64,000 bases of DNA, taken from contig NW_021831846.1 in the NCBI RefSeq assembly GCF_006345805.1, positions 164,907-228,906 of the forward strand, in the 5' to 3' direction. Source of the DNA: Octopus sinensis. Taxonomy: Eukaryota. The notes under the pieces are model-generated. The model was not told where the DNA came from. It made no database searches and saw only the letters and a program-made list of their open reading frames with translations. The number at the start of each line of letters is the position of its first letter. Position 1 is the first letter of the stretch. Positions 12,584 to 27,600 of the stretch are shown here, piece after piece. The position numbers and the translations under genes are program-made.

Positions 12584-15500
12584 ATAATAACAAAGGGTAA
12601 AATTAATTAATTAAGAAGTAATTTATAATTTCACCAAGTAGAATTCGGTATGAAAAAAGGACCATTTCACGGTAAGTTTAAGTAATACTAATAAAAAGGG
12701 TTCAGCAAAGATTTGCTTCACCAGACACTGAAGTTTAGAAATAGCAGCCAAAAATCTTAGCTATTTCTTCTACTTTTAAAGTAGAAGAAATAGCTAAGAT
12801 TTTTGGCTGCTATTTCTAAAATTTGGTGTCTGGTGAAGCAAATCTTTGCTGAACCCTTTTTATTAGTGTGTGTGTGTGTGTGTGTGTGTATTTATTTATT
12901 TCTGCTTCCAAAATGCATGACCTGGTACCTGTTCTGCCAACGTTTGGACTGGTTTAACTTTTGCAGGCGTTCCCAACATCTGAACATCTCCCCGGCTGAA
13001 CTCTCGGCCCTTTGATGTCTCCGATGCCGCAAAGACATTATCATAAAACAGCCAACAACGGTGGAGCTGTGGTGGTGTGGCGTGCAGACCTCTACAAAGT
13101 TGAAGATCTCTGCCAACTTCGAGACCCCTCTTTCTGTTGCCCTTTGCCCCTCTAACCCCATGCCTGGCTACCAACAAACTGTGTCCTCCACTATCCACAA
13201 CCTCATCTCCTGTCTCCCTCCAGCCACATTATCTGCACTCCTCGCACTCCCACCCTTTGCTTCCTTCATGAAATCCACAAGCCCAACAACCCTGGCTGCC
13301 CCATCATCTCTGCCTGTAACTGCCCTACGGAACTGATCTTGAAATACCTTGACTTTTAGTATGAAAACCTACAAGTTAAATTGCTGAGTTGACTTAAAAC
13401 TGCTATATTCAAGGGCAATTACAGAAAAGTGAAATATAATGGGCTGCTTAGAGGCATAAGGTCCAAATTTTGAATGGGTGTACTTTTATTTGGGTACATA
13501 TCTGTGAAAGAGTGGTACTTGTTAATTAACTTGCCAGACACACTGGGGTCGAGGTCAGCAAGAGCAACTCCTTGCCACCCATGCAGCATAGAAATAAAAT
13601 AGATGTTATGAATTAAAAAAAAAATTTTTTTTTTAAATTTAAAGGGTATGACACAATATTTTGATATGTTTGTTAGCAGTCTTAACTGAAATATATTGGT
13701 TTCCAATTCTGGCACTGCAAGTTCGTGGAAGGGTGTAAGATGATTACATTGGCACCAGTGTCCAACTGGTACTTATTTTAACGACTCTCCAAATGAATAA
13801 TAATAATGAAATTATTGTATACAGTGCTCAGGTGCACCACAACTTGTCAGAAAGTGCATATAAAGTACATGCAGTAATGAAGAAATGTCTGGAAAGCGAA
13901 CAATGTATGAGTCAGATACATGCTTGTGTGTGTAAGGAGGGGAGAAAATCAGGTGTAGTGTTGGCGAATCTCAGAAAGCATGGAAGTTTTGAAGGATGCA
14001 GTGCTCCAACAACTAACAACTGATGCCGGCAGTTTGTTCCATGCTTCAGCAACTCTCAGCGTGAAAAAAAAAAATTCCTGAAGTCATGGGAGCTGTGCTG
14101 TTTTCTGACTTTGTAAATATGTCCACGGGTGTTAGATGGGTGGAGTTCGAAAAGGTGCTCAGAGTTATTGTTTGTACGATGGTTGATAATTTTATGGGTG
14201 TCTGCCAAGTCAGCTGCCAGATGTCGGAGTTTCAATGTGTCCATGCCCAGGGAAGTAAGGTGTTCAGGATATGGCAAATGAAAAGCAGAATTTGAACTAA
14301 ACGTAAAAACAGATGAAATGCCACTAAGCATTCTGTCCGGTGTGCTAATGGTTCTTGTAGTTCATCATTTTAGTCTTATCGGAAATATATGACAAGTATT
14401 TCATGTTATCATTAACATAGCCAAAATATATTGCTGCCATTAGGATAATCTAGATGTAGTGTAAACTTCCGTTTATGTAAAGCGATACTATGCCAAGGGA
14501 TCGAAGATTGCAGTTCTACCAAAATATGTGACAAATTCAAAGATAACAAAGCTCATATGTCTACCCCACTCCACCTCCAAATGTGGTGTGGATTCTGTTA
14601 ATTTTTCTGGTGATTGAAACCATTCCTTTCTTGACACTTTACCAGTTCATTCTTTAGTGTCAACATTTTTTCAAAAAACTTGGTAGCTGACCCCCCCCTT
14701 TTTTTTGTTTGTTTTTATTAACTAGCAGTATCGCCCGGCGTTGCTCGGGTTTGTGAGGGAAATAATTATAAAGCATTTTTAGAGTTATAGCCAAAAATAT
14801 GGTAAAATCGTAGACGCATCGTAGACATTTTTAGAGAGTTACTTTCCTTATATAATAGCGAAAAAAATGCATTAAAATGGAAAAAAATGTTAAATTTTTT
14901 TTAAATCGTAGACTCATCGTAGACGCGCGCTAATACCCAGAAGGGCTCGATATGAATCACGACTATAAGATACCCAGTTTTGGTTAAACTGCACCGCAAA
15001 ATGTGGGAGTAGTTAGGAATCTAAATCGTAGGAGACAGACACACAACTTCACTTTTATATATAAAGATATAAAACTGGACATCTTTTTTTTTTTTTTTTT
15101 CCCTCCTTTTGCAGGCATGCCAGGCCGTGTAAAGACGGTTGCTGAGATTGAAGCTGACCTCCACCACCAAATGAGTCCCAACGGTATGGTTACTGTAAGT
15201 CCTTTGGAAGTACCAGACTGCAGTGGTGATATGTCAGCCTTCAACAAACTCCTCTCTATGATGAAGGCAGCTGCTGTCGACAACTCTAAACCTCATGTAA
15301 GATAACCATCTCGTTATGCTCTCTTTCCTTATTCTTTCCTCTTCTCTCAATTCCTCTCTTTTATGTCAGTCCTTCCCTTTTTCTTTTTTTTTTTTGTGTG
15401 TTTTTGTATTAAACTGAAAACCATTTGAGAAAACATTTCACATAGGCGCAGGAGTGGCTGTGTGGTAAGTAGCTTGCTAACCAACCACATGGTTCTGGGT

Positions 15501-15611
15501 TCAGTCCCACTGCGTGGCATCTTGGACAGGTGTCTTCTGCTATAGCCCCGGGCTGACCAATGCCTTGTGAGTGGATTTGGTAGACGGAAACTAAAAGAAG
15601 CCTGTCGTATA

Positions 15612-15678
<67 letters not shown>

Positions 15679-18600
15679 TGTGTGTGTGTGTCTGTCCCCT
15701 AGCATTGCTTGACAACCGATGCTGGTGTGTTTATGTCCCCGTCACTTAGCGGTTCGGCAAATGAGACAGATAGAATAAGTACTGGGCTTACAAAGAATAA
15801 GTCCCGGGGTCGATTTGCTCGACTAAAGGCGGTGCTCCAGCATGGCTGCAGTCAAATGACTGAAACAAGTAAAAGAGTAAAGAATAAACCAAATGATCTT
15901 CAAATTCTTCAAACCTCTGTTGCTTGTTTCCTCTAACAGTTTTGCTAGATGGAACTGAGTTCATTAATGTCCTTGATCGAAGATCTTGGACACATGATGC
16001 TGAACATCTTGTGAATGAGGAATTAGCCAATATTGTAATGTAAATATTACCTGTCTTTGTGGGATTGTTGCTCTTTCCTCTCTCATATTTTTACTTCTCA
16101 CAATTATAGTTTTGAGTAGATTTCTACAAAAATGACTGTCAATTTTGAGATTCTGCTTGATATGTTAACAAATAAGTAATCCTGTCAGAAATAGAATTAA
16201 GTATGGAATAAAAATATCCATCCATCTTTTCCACCCATTATTCTGGGGAGGGTTGTCAGTTGAGTCCTCAGGCACCTCCTCCATAGGGTCCTATCACAAC
16301 TCTTATTACATTTTCCGGTTGGATTCTCAAGCATGACCAACTAAAACTATGGATATCATCCAACCATCTCGTTCTTGGGATGGCTCTCTTTACATCTGCC
16401 AGTTGGCTTGAAGAATCCATCTTGTGATTCTTTCCTTCAACATTATCAGATATCTGTATTACTGGAGCTGTAACCTTTCACTGTAGGGAAATAGTTGTAG
16501 CTTGACCTGCTGTGACTTCCTGATTTCTGAGTTATGCACTGTTGAATAGACTCAAGAGATTCATTGCAGAAAACCCTATTTCGGCTGTTTGTATTCAGGA
16601 TTGTACTCTTTGATCATTACCCAGCACTCATGACCATAAGTGGGGAGAAAATAGGTTAATTGTAATTTAAAGAAAGAAAATATTTTTATGAATTACAATT
16701 CTGGAATCTGTAAAGTTATTGCTTAATTGTTGCTTTTACATAATTTATACACTTTCAGAACAACTTTGTAGATACACTATAATTTCTGGTACCAACCCTT
16801 GGTACTGAAACGGAATAAACGGAATGGTGGTGCTGTCATGCATGCATGCATGCACACACACACACACACACACACACTATTATGGCAAATTTTATTAGCC
16901 TTTTTCCTGTCCTGTGTCACGTGAGACACAGGACATAATTCCCTAGCATGTCATCATATGATACACGTACCTAATTGTTTTTAAACCACCAGGGTCACTT
17001 GGGACTTATGAATGAAAGAAAAGCTTTATATTATTCAGAACAAAAACACATGGCTTACATAAGTCTGTAAACCAGCTAGGACGTTTAGGGTTAACTTATG
17101 AAAATGCTTTGGACAAGCAAAGGATTGTTCCAGCCTGCTGAAGTCTTAATTTCTTTAACATGCTACTGGGTTTGCCATTCACGTGAATACAGGCATTTTT
17201 AGGTAAATGCTTGTAGATGAGCTTTTTAGGGTATGATATGGCTGGGAGGTTTTCTCATCAAAGTTTGTCACATCTAAAATCCTAGTGTTGTTGTTGCTGA
17301 CACTCGTAGATTCATCTTTAGGTATCTCCAAAAATGGCCATTTGGCTGAATCGGAAGTCTCCCTCTCACCAGTGTACTACAACCATTATTTCTTGGACTC
17401 CCCCACTTCTTTCTCTCTTCCACTACTGTTCCAGCTAACTTCATACTCTCTGTTCCTAGTTGCACTAGTCCCATATAACTCTACCTCTATTAGATCTCAC
17501 TTCCCAGAACGTGTATTGAACTTTCCTCGACACTGTTATTGTTCACTTCTCTCCTTGTAGATATTGACTTACAGGTATTCAAATTGTCCATCAGCTGGAC
17601 AACTTGGACATAATTCTTACTGGTCTGGGACTGCTTACCCTTTCATTTTCATAAAGAAAAAGAAAATAATTGAAAATAGATGTAGGCATAGCTGTATGGT
17701 CATTTTCTTTGCAAATATGCCTTCAGGTTCTGCCCCACAATGTGGCCCCTTGGACAAGTCTCTTATGTCTTGTTAGGTTGACCAATGTTTTGTGAATGAA
17801 ATAGACAGTGTGGAAACCCATTGTGTGTTTCTCTGTCTTTACATTAGAAGCTATTCAAATGTTGTCAATGTCCTGTAACTTAGTGGTGCAATAAATAGAT
17901 ATTGCTAAAATAAGTACTAGACTTAAAAAAAAATAACAAAAAAAAATAAAATCAATGGAGTTGATGATTGACTAAGATGCTTTTCAAGGTGGTAGTATGG
18001 CTGCATTTTTGACAAACCTGTAAAAGTAAACTGAGGCCTGGCACCTGAGACACCTGTACTCGATTTGGTCTTAGTACCCACAAGCTTCAGCTGACAGTCC
18101 AGCAAATTAGCAATTTGTTTCACCTGATTAATACACAGAATTGTAAATCTGTGAATGATTTTGTATTATTTAAAATTTTTTTTGTCTTCTATCTTTCATT
18201 TTCTTCTTTCAGATTCCAGATCGCAGGTCACCTCCAAATCTTCCTGCTCAGCCTCCACCAACCATTCCATATTTAACATCTGGCCAAAATGAATTTTTGC
18301 ATGTAGGTTTAATTTGAATTGCCATTTCTATAATATATAGAAAAGTCTTATATACTTTCTATATTGCTCTTCACCAGTCCTCCCCTTAAGTAATTTTAGA
18401 AGTTTGCTCTTCAGAGATATGAGTTTAATGGTTGGAAATTGTACCATGTGCTACCCACAAATCTTTTTGTGCTGTGTGCAATATGCAGGGTATATAGCTG
18501 TAGAAAACCTGCCTTGTCCCTTCCATTACCATCTCAGCTGAAACTGCCTCTGACTCTGTAGTACAAATGTCTTGTTTCCATAAGATTTTAATGAAAATTT

Positions 18601-21600
18601 TCCACCAAACCTTAGTCACAATTTATGTTCCTAACACCAACTTAGTTATTTTACTAAATTCTTTGTTATATTTAAAATTAATTGAAAGAAACACATAGCA
18701 TCTCAAAATAAATATAGTAACGAAAGGGTTAATGAATTCATGCAAGCGTGGAAAAAATTAGGCCATTAAGATGATGGTTTTTTTTGTCTATCACTTGTAA
18801 ATTCAGTATTTTCTTCGTGAGCATGAACCCAATTATATTAAAAAAGGCTTCTCTTCTTGCATAGAGGTATGGATAACCTTCATGGTGTCGTCAGCTTTTA
18901 AGTGAAACATTACAACTTCCTTTCCAAGCTAATGAGATTAGAGATGAGGATATCTTTGGTGCCTTGCTTCAGAACTCTGCCATGATTTGAGCTGATGTTG
19001 GCTATGAATTTCAGCTATGGTGGTTAACTCTGTAAATGGCTAACTAGTTTTGGGACACAGTTAACTTGTGATAAGTCTGGTTCCACTCACTGATTTCATT
19101 ACTGTGTGGTATGATTTGCAGTTTGTGGTTGAGCAACTTGTGTCTCAACAAGATTTTGGTATCAGTTCTACTGCATGATGTCTTAGACAGGTGTCTTCTA
19201 ATATATCCCTGGGTTGATCAAAGCCTTGTGAGTGGATTTGGTAGATGGAACTGAAAGAAGCCTGTTGTGTGTGTTAGTGTCCCTTTGACTTTGTGTGAGA
19301 GTTAAAGTGTCACTGTCATACAAGCGGTGGCCTTTGTTTCCAGTCTTCTGTGAAAATGAAAATTTGTGTGGACTGGTGACAAGATGGGCATCAGTCATAG
19401 AAAACCTCGATAAACTCTGTCCAACCCTTGTAGGCATCGAGAAGTGGACTTTAAAATGATGATGATTTTCTAGTTGAGCCTAATGGTTAGCAATAGGTAC
19501 AGCATTCAAATGTGAAACTATATCCTAGACCATTTTTGTTTCTAAATTTACAGGCATTGAATCGCAACAAAGAACAGCAACTCCAGATTCAACAGCAGAC
19601 TCTGAATCAAATTCGAATGCAACAACAGCACCAACACCACCAGCACAACCAAGAACAGCAGCAGCAGCAAAAGTCCAATCAGCCACCAACACCACAGCAG
19701 CAACAACAACCGACACCTGTCTTGCAACAACCTACCTATGTGTCTGGAGTTACTCCAACTGGAAGTGGACAGCAGACCTCTTCTGATGCTATCCTAAACT
19801 TCATCAAACAGAACCCAGACATTATTGCAAAACCTGCATCACCGAACCCACAACTGGCAGCAGTTCTACAGCATGTCGGACACCGGAACCTTTCCCCTGG
19901 AGGACCTCCATTGCACCCTACAACATCTCAGTACCTGCAACAGAACTTGCTATCTGGCCAGCCTGGCTCTGTACACACCGCTCAGCCAAGAATCCCTTCT
20001 CCTATTAGTAAGTTTCCTCTGGTTCTCTTGTATTTAAAAACTACACACACAAAAGCAAATGTTATGATGGGGAAGAATTTCGGTAATATTGCTGCTACTT
20101 TTCCAGTTCTCCAAAGAATTCTTGGAGAGATGTAAGAATCTGTTAAAGATATTTATAACTAAGAACTAATACGGAAGTGAATATTTTTTTTTTTTCATTT
20201 AGTGAAAAACTCTTTCATTCTTTTATTTCTGAGCAATTTCAAATTTACAACAAAGTTCTAACATTTTGAAGATCAAGAATTTTTTTCCCCCCTATTTCTC
20301 TTCAACTTACTACTTACAGCAATTCTTGCAATTTCATAAATCTTTTATCAAAGCTGCTACAATAATATAATCGGTGTTTTTTAGGAGTCTTTGACACTTA
20401 GTGCTCTCCGGAATGATTAAATTTCCATAACTGCAGATAGATTTCGTCAGCCGGAGATAACTTGGAGTTAAACCACAAAAGCATATTTATTGCCACAGAT
20501 ACTAATACTGAAATGAACCACAATATCAATCTGGGAATAGTTTCTACTAGTACCATTGGTCTAGACCAGATCTCACGTAATCATATTACCAGAATGTTGT
20601 ATAGAAACTTCATTGCGCATTCAACTATATATTTGTTTGTCTATTGCACAATAGAGTAGAATCGATTTGTCTTGTATGATCTGGAGAAATGTAATTGAAC
20701 ATAAACGAATATCATACGATCTTAAGCGCTGAAAGTTTTCACATGCACAACTGTTCATCTTCAATTTGCCAATGGACTCAACAGATTTCTCTTTAATAGA
20801 TTTCTCTTTAGGAGCCTAAAGTCGTTTGAATTGCAAAAATCAGTTCAGCAAAAAGTAATGTTGTTTAGCCTCAGCTTAACCTTAACGGAGCAGACTTATT
20901 AATAGCCATTCCCCCTGTGTCCATTACACTTTTAAAAACCTTTTTAGGATTACATTATTCTGTGTTCGCCTTATATTATTTTAACTCCTTTTTAGCATTC
21001 AGATTTCTCTTCTCATTTATTCACATTGTTTTGAATTAATCAGTTATCTTGAAGCTTTGAGATTTCAATGATGTGATTTAGTTTTAGAATGACATTGTAG
21101 GTAGGTGTGAGAGGTCAAATTTGGCCAGCTTAGATATAAAATAGCTAGAATATTTGGGCCAGATATGGTTGGATTAAATCCTAAAGGGTTAAGATAGTGG
21201 AAGTGATTTTGTACTTTTAAAAGATCAGATGACCACATAGGAGTTTCCTTAATGGTCTGGAGCCTAAAATATAATCTGTTACTGGGATAGGATTCATCAA
21301 ATTTTGTTTTTCTCTCTGTAACTATATGTTTGGTGCTACTTAGGCATATAGTCTACTGCAGTATCCATAGCATTATGTAACAAATTTTAATTTTTTTCCT
21401 GTTTTTGGTCAGTGTTATGTCCTATTTGCTTCTATTTAGAAGTCAAAGGAAATGACTACTATTCCCCTTCAAACTTTGTGTTTGTGACTGGGACATCAAT
21501 GTTTTGAAACTGACCTATTTCCCATTACATTTCAGACAGATTCAGCATCTCAGTTGCTGAAGCAGAAATATCATTATAGGAAATATTCTGCTCACTGCCA

Positions 21601-24600
21601 CAGATTTGCTTGTCAATTGCTTGACCGTAACCAGTTGAACATGTCCCTTAATGGCTGACAATATGTGCATCCCTGATTATGAGCAGGAATTGTTGGGGAG
21701 CCTCATAGCCATGTGTTCTTTGGAATTTGGATAAATGTAACAAGAGCAAAGTTTGAAGAAATTATTAACCATTTTTCGTACTTTCTTGGTGTAAGCAAAT
21801 AGGAAATAATAGTTGCTATCCAAGGACAAAAATTGTGTTACACAGGGTAGTCTATGCTGGGAAACTACTTGATCTGAGATGCTAAAGTATAAATGGCCTG
21901 GTAGACTGCTTGCTAAAGTGGCAGCATTTGTTCTTTATATTTCAACTAGCAGTATCGCCCGGCGTTGCTCAGGTTTGTAAGGGAAATAACTATATAAGCA
22001 TTTTTAGAGATGTAAAGTATAATAGCCATCTCAATATGGCTAACCACAAAGGGGGGGTGTTACTGTAGCTTTTTACGTTCTGAGATTTAATAATGCATTT
22101 TTATAGAGTTACTTCCCTTATATAATAGCAAAAAAATGCATTAAAAATGGGGAAAAATGATGGTAAATTTTTTTTTTAATCGTAGACTCATCGTAGACGC
22201 GCGCTAAATACCCAGAAGGGCTCGATATGAATCACGACTATAAGATACCTGCTTTTGGTTACACTGCACTGCAAAATGTGGGAGTAGTTAGGAATCTAAA
22301 TCGTAGGAGACACACACAACTTCACTTTTATATATAAAGATGTCCTTTTACAATGTACTGGACTGCAAAAATGTATTGATAATTTTTGTTTTCTCACTTT
22401 TAATTTAAAATTTAACTAATGTACAAATTTTTTTTTATTGCAGTGTTTAGTCAACAACCACCTGTACACTTAAGTGCACCTGCACCTGTCCATCCTGGGC
22501 CCCTGGTGCAAAGCAGTCTTGGTCAGCCTATTAGTAATTTGACGGTAATAATCACATTCATCCTTTTTTTTTCTTTTTTAATTGCTTAGCCACAGGTCAC
22601 AGCCTTCATTGAGATCGGTTTAACTTCCCACCTATTCCTGGAATTCATTTTATGAGTGAGTGATCTTGGAGCTATGTGAACTGTATTTTTGCTCAAAAAC
22701 TCAACCCCCTGCCTAGTCAGGAATTGAAACCACTATCCTACATGTATGAGTGCAGCCACTATCCACTAGGCTATGCACCTTCACTATTAGTAATATATAA
22801 AGCAAGACAGTTTCTGAACATTTAGATTGCTTAATAAATTTTTCACTGTTTGTTACAGTTGCTAATAAACGCTAAAGCCATTTCTGAAGATCACTTGGAC
22901 ATGATAATGGAAATTTTAGGTGTTTATGTCATTAATCATTGAAATTGGTGTTTGCTTAATGAATTGATGAAATTATCTTTTTCCATTCTTCAGAGTGCAA
23001 CCAACATACGACCTCACAGTGTGCTTCCGCGCGTGAACAGCCCCAAGGATATGATGTCCTTTAAGAAGGATATGGAAGAACATGAACGATTTCTTAGAAA
23101 ACAACAAGAAAGGTCTTTGTTTTTATTATAAAGAGTCTGACTTTAACCCTTCAGCTTTCAGGTTACTCAGTCGAATACAAGGCTTATTTATCCACATTGC
23201 TTTGGATTAATCATGCATTCTTGTAGCTCCAAGATTTTGATGATTGTTTTTAGAATATTGCAGGGTAGGTGTGAGCGGTCAGGTCTGTCCACTTTGAACA
23301 TAAAAGCAGACTAAAGGGTTAAGCGTTTACTGTTTTGATAGATGGTGATGGCTTTGTCTGATGACTGGTTGAAGCCACAACCTAATAACAGTAGCTGGGT
23401 TATATTTTATTTTATCAACAGCTCTGTGCTGAATCTCGTAAAAAAACCATTTGAATGTCCAGTGGCTCAGTCCACATGGACTTAACCCTTTAGTGTTCAG
23501 ATTATCCTATCAAACAAAATGCTTCTTGATTCCCATTGATTTGAATTAATCATGCATTATCTCATATCTTCAAGATCTTGATGGTGTAATTACCTAATGT
23601 AGAATAACATTGTAGGGTAGGTGTGAGAGCCTGGATCTGGTCAGTTTGAACATAAAGCAGATTAAATATTTTGGCCGGTTTAAATACTAAAGGGTTAAAT
23701 AAGTGGCATAAGATGGTATATCATCACTGCGAGAGGCTAAAGAAGTATTAAGCTCTTGAGTCTTAGCTTGCAGAGCTGAATACTTTCTCTCAGATTCTTT
23801 GAGTGTATTTGTTTTCAGTTATTAATTGAAGAGGAAGTCATTGGTGATGGGTGAATATTGATTATTTAACTGGTTTAACATTTGAACCTATTATAGATCT
23901 TTTCGTCTATTTCAAACTTTTCTTGCAATTTCAATGAAATGCTCATTTACTCGAAGGGTAAATTTTTCAACTCTATTCCTACTTGTATATCATGGCAACT
24001 TGGCAACTTGGTTGCTTAACCCTTTCATTACTATATTTATTTTGAGATGCTCTGTGTTTCTTTCAATTACTTTAAATATAACAAAGAATTTAGTAAAATA
24101 ACTTAGTTATCATTAATCTAGTGTTAGGAACATAAATTGTGACTAAGATTTGGTGGAAGATTTTAATTCAGAACTTATGAAAACATGACATTTGTACTCA
24201 GAGCCAGGGCCGGTTTCAGCCGGGTTGGTAACGAAAGGGTTAATGAATTTGACATTTCTGCAGGTTAGGGAGAGAACATGTATTTGCAAGTCAATGATGC
24301 CTGTGTGTGGAGGGAGCACAATTCTTGAAGGATTGTGTAATTTTATTTTGGTGGTGTGAGAAATAACTCTTGTCGAGTATGTATATTTGGTAACTGAAGT
24401 TAGGGAGTTTGTCGAAGGAAGGGTTTTCTTTTTGTGAACTTAATGACTAACCTTTTGTTTTACAGATCCAAGTCTCCTGTCTCTATTAGCCGAGGAATTC
24501 CAACACCAGTCAATATGGGTCCCAAAGTAAGTAAAAATAAATAGATGTGCTTTTGAATTGATGACTCACTGTAATAGCATGCATCATTGTCAATCCTAAC

Positions 24601-27600
24601 ACACTTGATATATGAACTGAAGAAGTTCCCATGCTGTCAGTCCACTCAGAAGTAGCTATCAGATCTCTTGATCCTTCTAATATAATCAATGTAAAAACTA
24701 AGGTGTGTCACATTTTGACCCCCCCCCTCTCTCTCACTATTCATTGAGGCTTCTACTATTGCTCATGCTGAGGTGAGAGTAGTAGTAGGTATAGACGGTG
24801 AGGGTGGTGGCGGAGAGAGAGAGAGACAAAGAAACTTAGGGTTAGAGTTGAAGTTTTTATTAAAAGTGGTAGTGTTGATGGTGGCAGTGGGAGTAATAAC
24901 GAGAGGGACTGGACGAACGTACTGGACGGACATGGTGAACACAATTCTCTTATACACACATTTAGCCTTTTTGTGATGGTAATAGTAATAGTATGAGCTG
25001 TAGTAGTGATAGAGGCGGCGATGGTGGTGGTAGTAGCCAAGGCGGTCAGGGCTGATGGCGAGAGTAAGTGATATGAAAAATGGTGGTGGAGGAGAAGGCA
25101 GCAAAGTCAAAAGTATTGATGGTGGTGGCATCAGAAGTCTGGATGGTGTGTGTATGGCAGATGTGGGGGCGATGGTAGTAATGTTTATCATGCAGCTTTG
25201 ACATAAGTTCCAAGTCGACAAATTGTATCATTGTTTTAATGATAATTCTTCATTGCTTGAAAAATATTGAGTTTAATAAAATATAATATGAAGTGTCGTT
25301 GTTGGGCCCAAGGCCTAATGAAGATCCCTCCACTGGAGCTAGCTTAAAAACGGCGCTATCAGGCGGCTTTTAAGCTAGTTTTTAATATTTTAAACTAGTA
25401 TACTCGACCCAATTTTGAGATGCAGTTAAATTGGTTTCATGAAGCAGTAACTTTATTAAAGTGGTTATTTCAAACGGCACGTAAAAAGCACCATCCGTTC
25501 GTAGTTGTTGCCAGCCTCACCTGGCCCCCGTGCCGGTGGCACATAAAAAGCACCATCCGATCGTGGCCATTTGCCAGACTCGTCTGGCACCTGTGCCAGT
25601 GGCACATAAAAGCACCCACTACACTCATGGAGTGGTTGGCGTTAGGAAGGGCATCCATCCGTAGAAACATTGCCAGATCAGACTGGGCCTGGTGCAGCCT
25701 TCTGGCTTCCCAGACCCCAGTTGAACCGTCCAACCCATGCTAGCATGGAAAGCGGACGGTAAACGATGATGATGAATTTAAATTATCGTCTTTTCACATC
25801 CATTTCCCATTGATCAGCTGAGTGTTTCAGATCCAGCGATCTGCAGGACTGTGCTGAGCTCCAATATTAGCTTTTGCATGGTTTCTATGGCTGGGTGCCC
25901 TTCCCTCAGCCATTTGCTTGACAATGTGTACTGGATGCTTGTTCTTACATGAATCTATTGCTGATTTGTCTCAAAACTCCTAATTACAGCCAAAATCTGA
26001 AATATAGAGTTATTTAAACATTATTTAAATATCACCTTTTATGAGTTATAAAATCCATATTATATAACTTGCTAAACACTCGTGTTCAGGTGGTGGGGAC
26101 AAGTCTTATTTTATTTGATTTATCCTTTTTCTAAGTGATTATTATTGAATATGCTTGAATTGGAATGAGAGAAAAAAAACCCCAAAAAAACAAAAAAAAA
26201 ACTAGTCATTGGATTTTGGTATGATTAGGTCTGGTTTTGTCTGAAAATGTTTATTCATTAATTGCTTTGACTCCATGTGGAACCTGAGCTAGCAACAAGA
26301 AACCTCCAGCTTTCTTGATCTTTGGCAACAGATTGCAGTTGTTGCTAGATGTAGCTGCTTTCAGTTTTTGTGGACCTTTTCCATTTTGTTTTCGATCTAT
26401 CCAAATTCTGCCCCCAGGCCTGGTACTGCAAGCTTATAGAGCTTCATCTCTGCAGCAATTTAAGCTCTCTTTGGGGTTTGCAACAGTTCTAATCTCAGTG
26501 AGATTATTCCACATTGTAGCTAGTTTTTGCTTTTCACTTCAGAGCTCCTTATGCAATCTCTGAAGATCTCTTATCTGGCCCAGTTTCATGTTCTCTTTGT
26601 GTATCAGCAGCAATGTAAGATATTGATAGTGCAAGGTTACTAACTCTACATCTACCACCCTTCTTTCTCAACTGGATTTAGGATTGGCTGTGGTTAAAAA
26701 AATTTTGGAAGATAATCTTTTAAAAGAAACCATTGCTTTTACTTTTGCTGTCCAGCATAAAACAGCTGCAAATTGGAAAATCTAGTTCAGTCAATCATGT
26801 TATGGGTTAATGTTTGCATATATTTTAATACTTGTTGCCTTCTATTATTATTTTTGCACCTAGGGTGCATTATAGGATTTGATCCCAGTTCTTGACAAGT
26901 ATTTGATAGAATTTGGATTTTAAAAGGCCAAAACTGTAATGTATTTTGTCTCTAATGCTCTAAAAATTCTGAATCCACTGCTACCATTCATATTTAGTCA
27001 CTATTTCTATCAAAATCTGAAGCTTTTAGAATATAAAAAAGGTTGTGAAAATAAGATCATAGATGAGAGATTTGAAAAATATATCCCCGGAATTTGGGGA
27101 ACAAAGGATTTGTATTATGAAAATGTCGAACAGTGTCCAACAAGTGATTATCTTGTGAGATCTTATCTGATCACTAATGCAGTAATGAGATTTACATTGA
27201 TATTTTGATTTCAATGTGTGTGTATAGGTAGAGGCAACAGTCTTGTTGGGATGGTATTCTATGGTGCTGGCAAAATGGTTAAATTGCACTCTGTTGTCTC
27301 ATAGCTTGAGACAGTTTGAAAATAAAGACAAAATTGTCTTGGCATGATTGCTTTTGACTTAATTGTCCTTTAATTAGAGTTGGCCTGGGGGCTAAATAGC
27401 ATAATTGTTACACAAACAGTAGCAGTTTTTTGGACATAGGATAAATTAAAAAATGGGGTAAATCGAGTGATGTTCAACAGGATGGGATAGTAGCAGCACT
27501 AGAGTTCCAATCAGCTCAATTTAAATGAAATCCCTTTCAGGGAATCTGAAAACTAAGGGGTTTAGAATAACAATAATATTCCACTTTGGAAACTTCCATT

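Noticed and set aside
20430-20800. Possible mariner transposase remnant on the minus strand
   Set aside because: Similarity too faint to support by eye; needs tBLASTn.
24745-25250. Ser/Thr/Pro/His-rich minus-strand ORFs
   Set aside because: Low-complexity GGT/GA-rich intronic DNA without splice-consistent boundaries.
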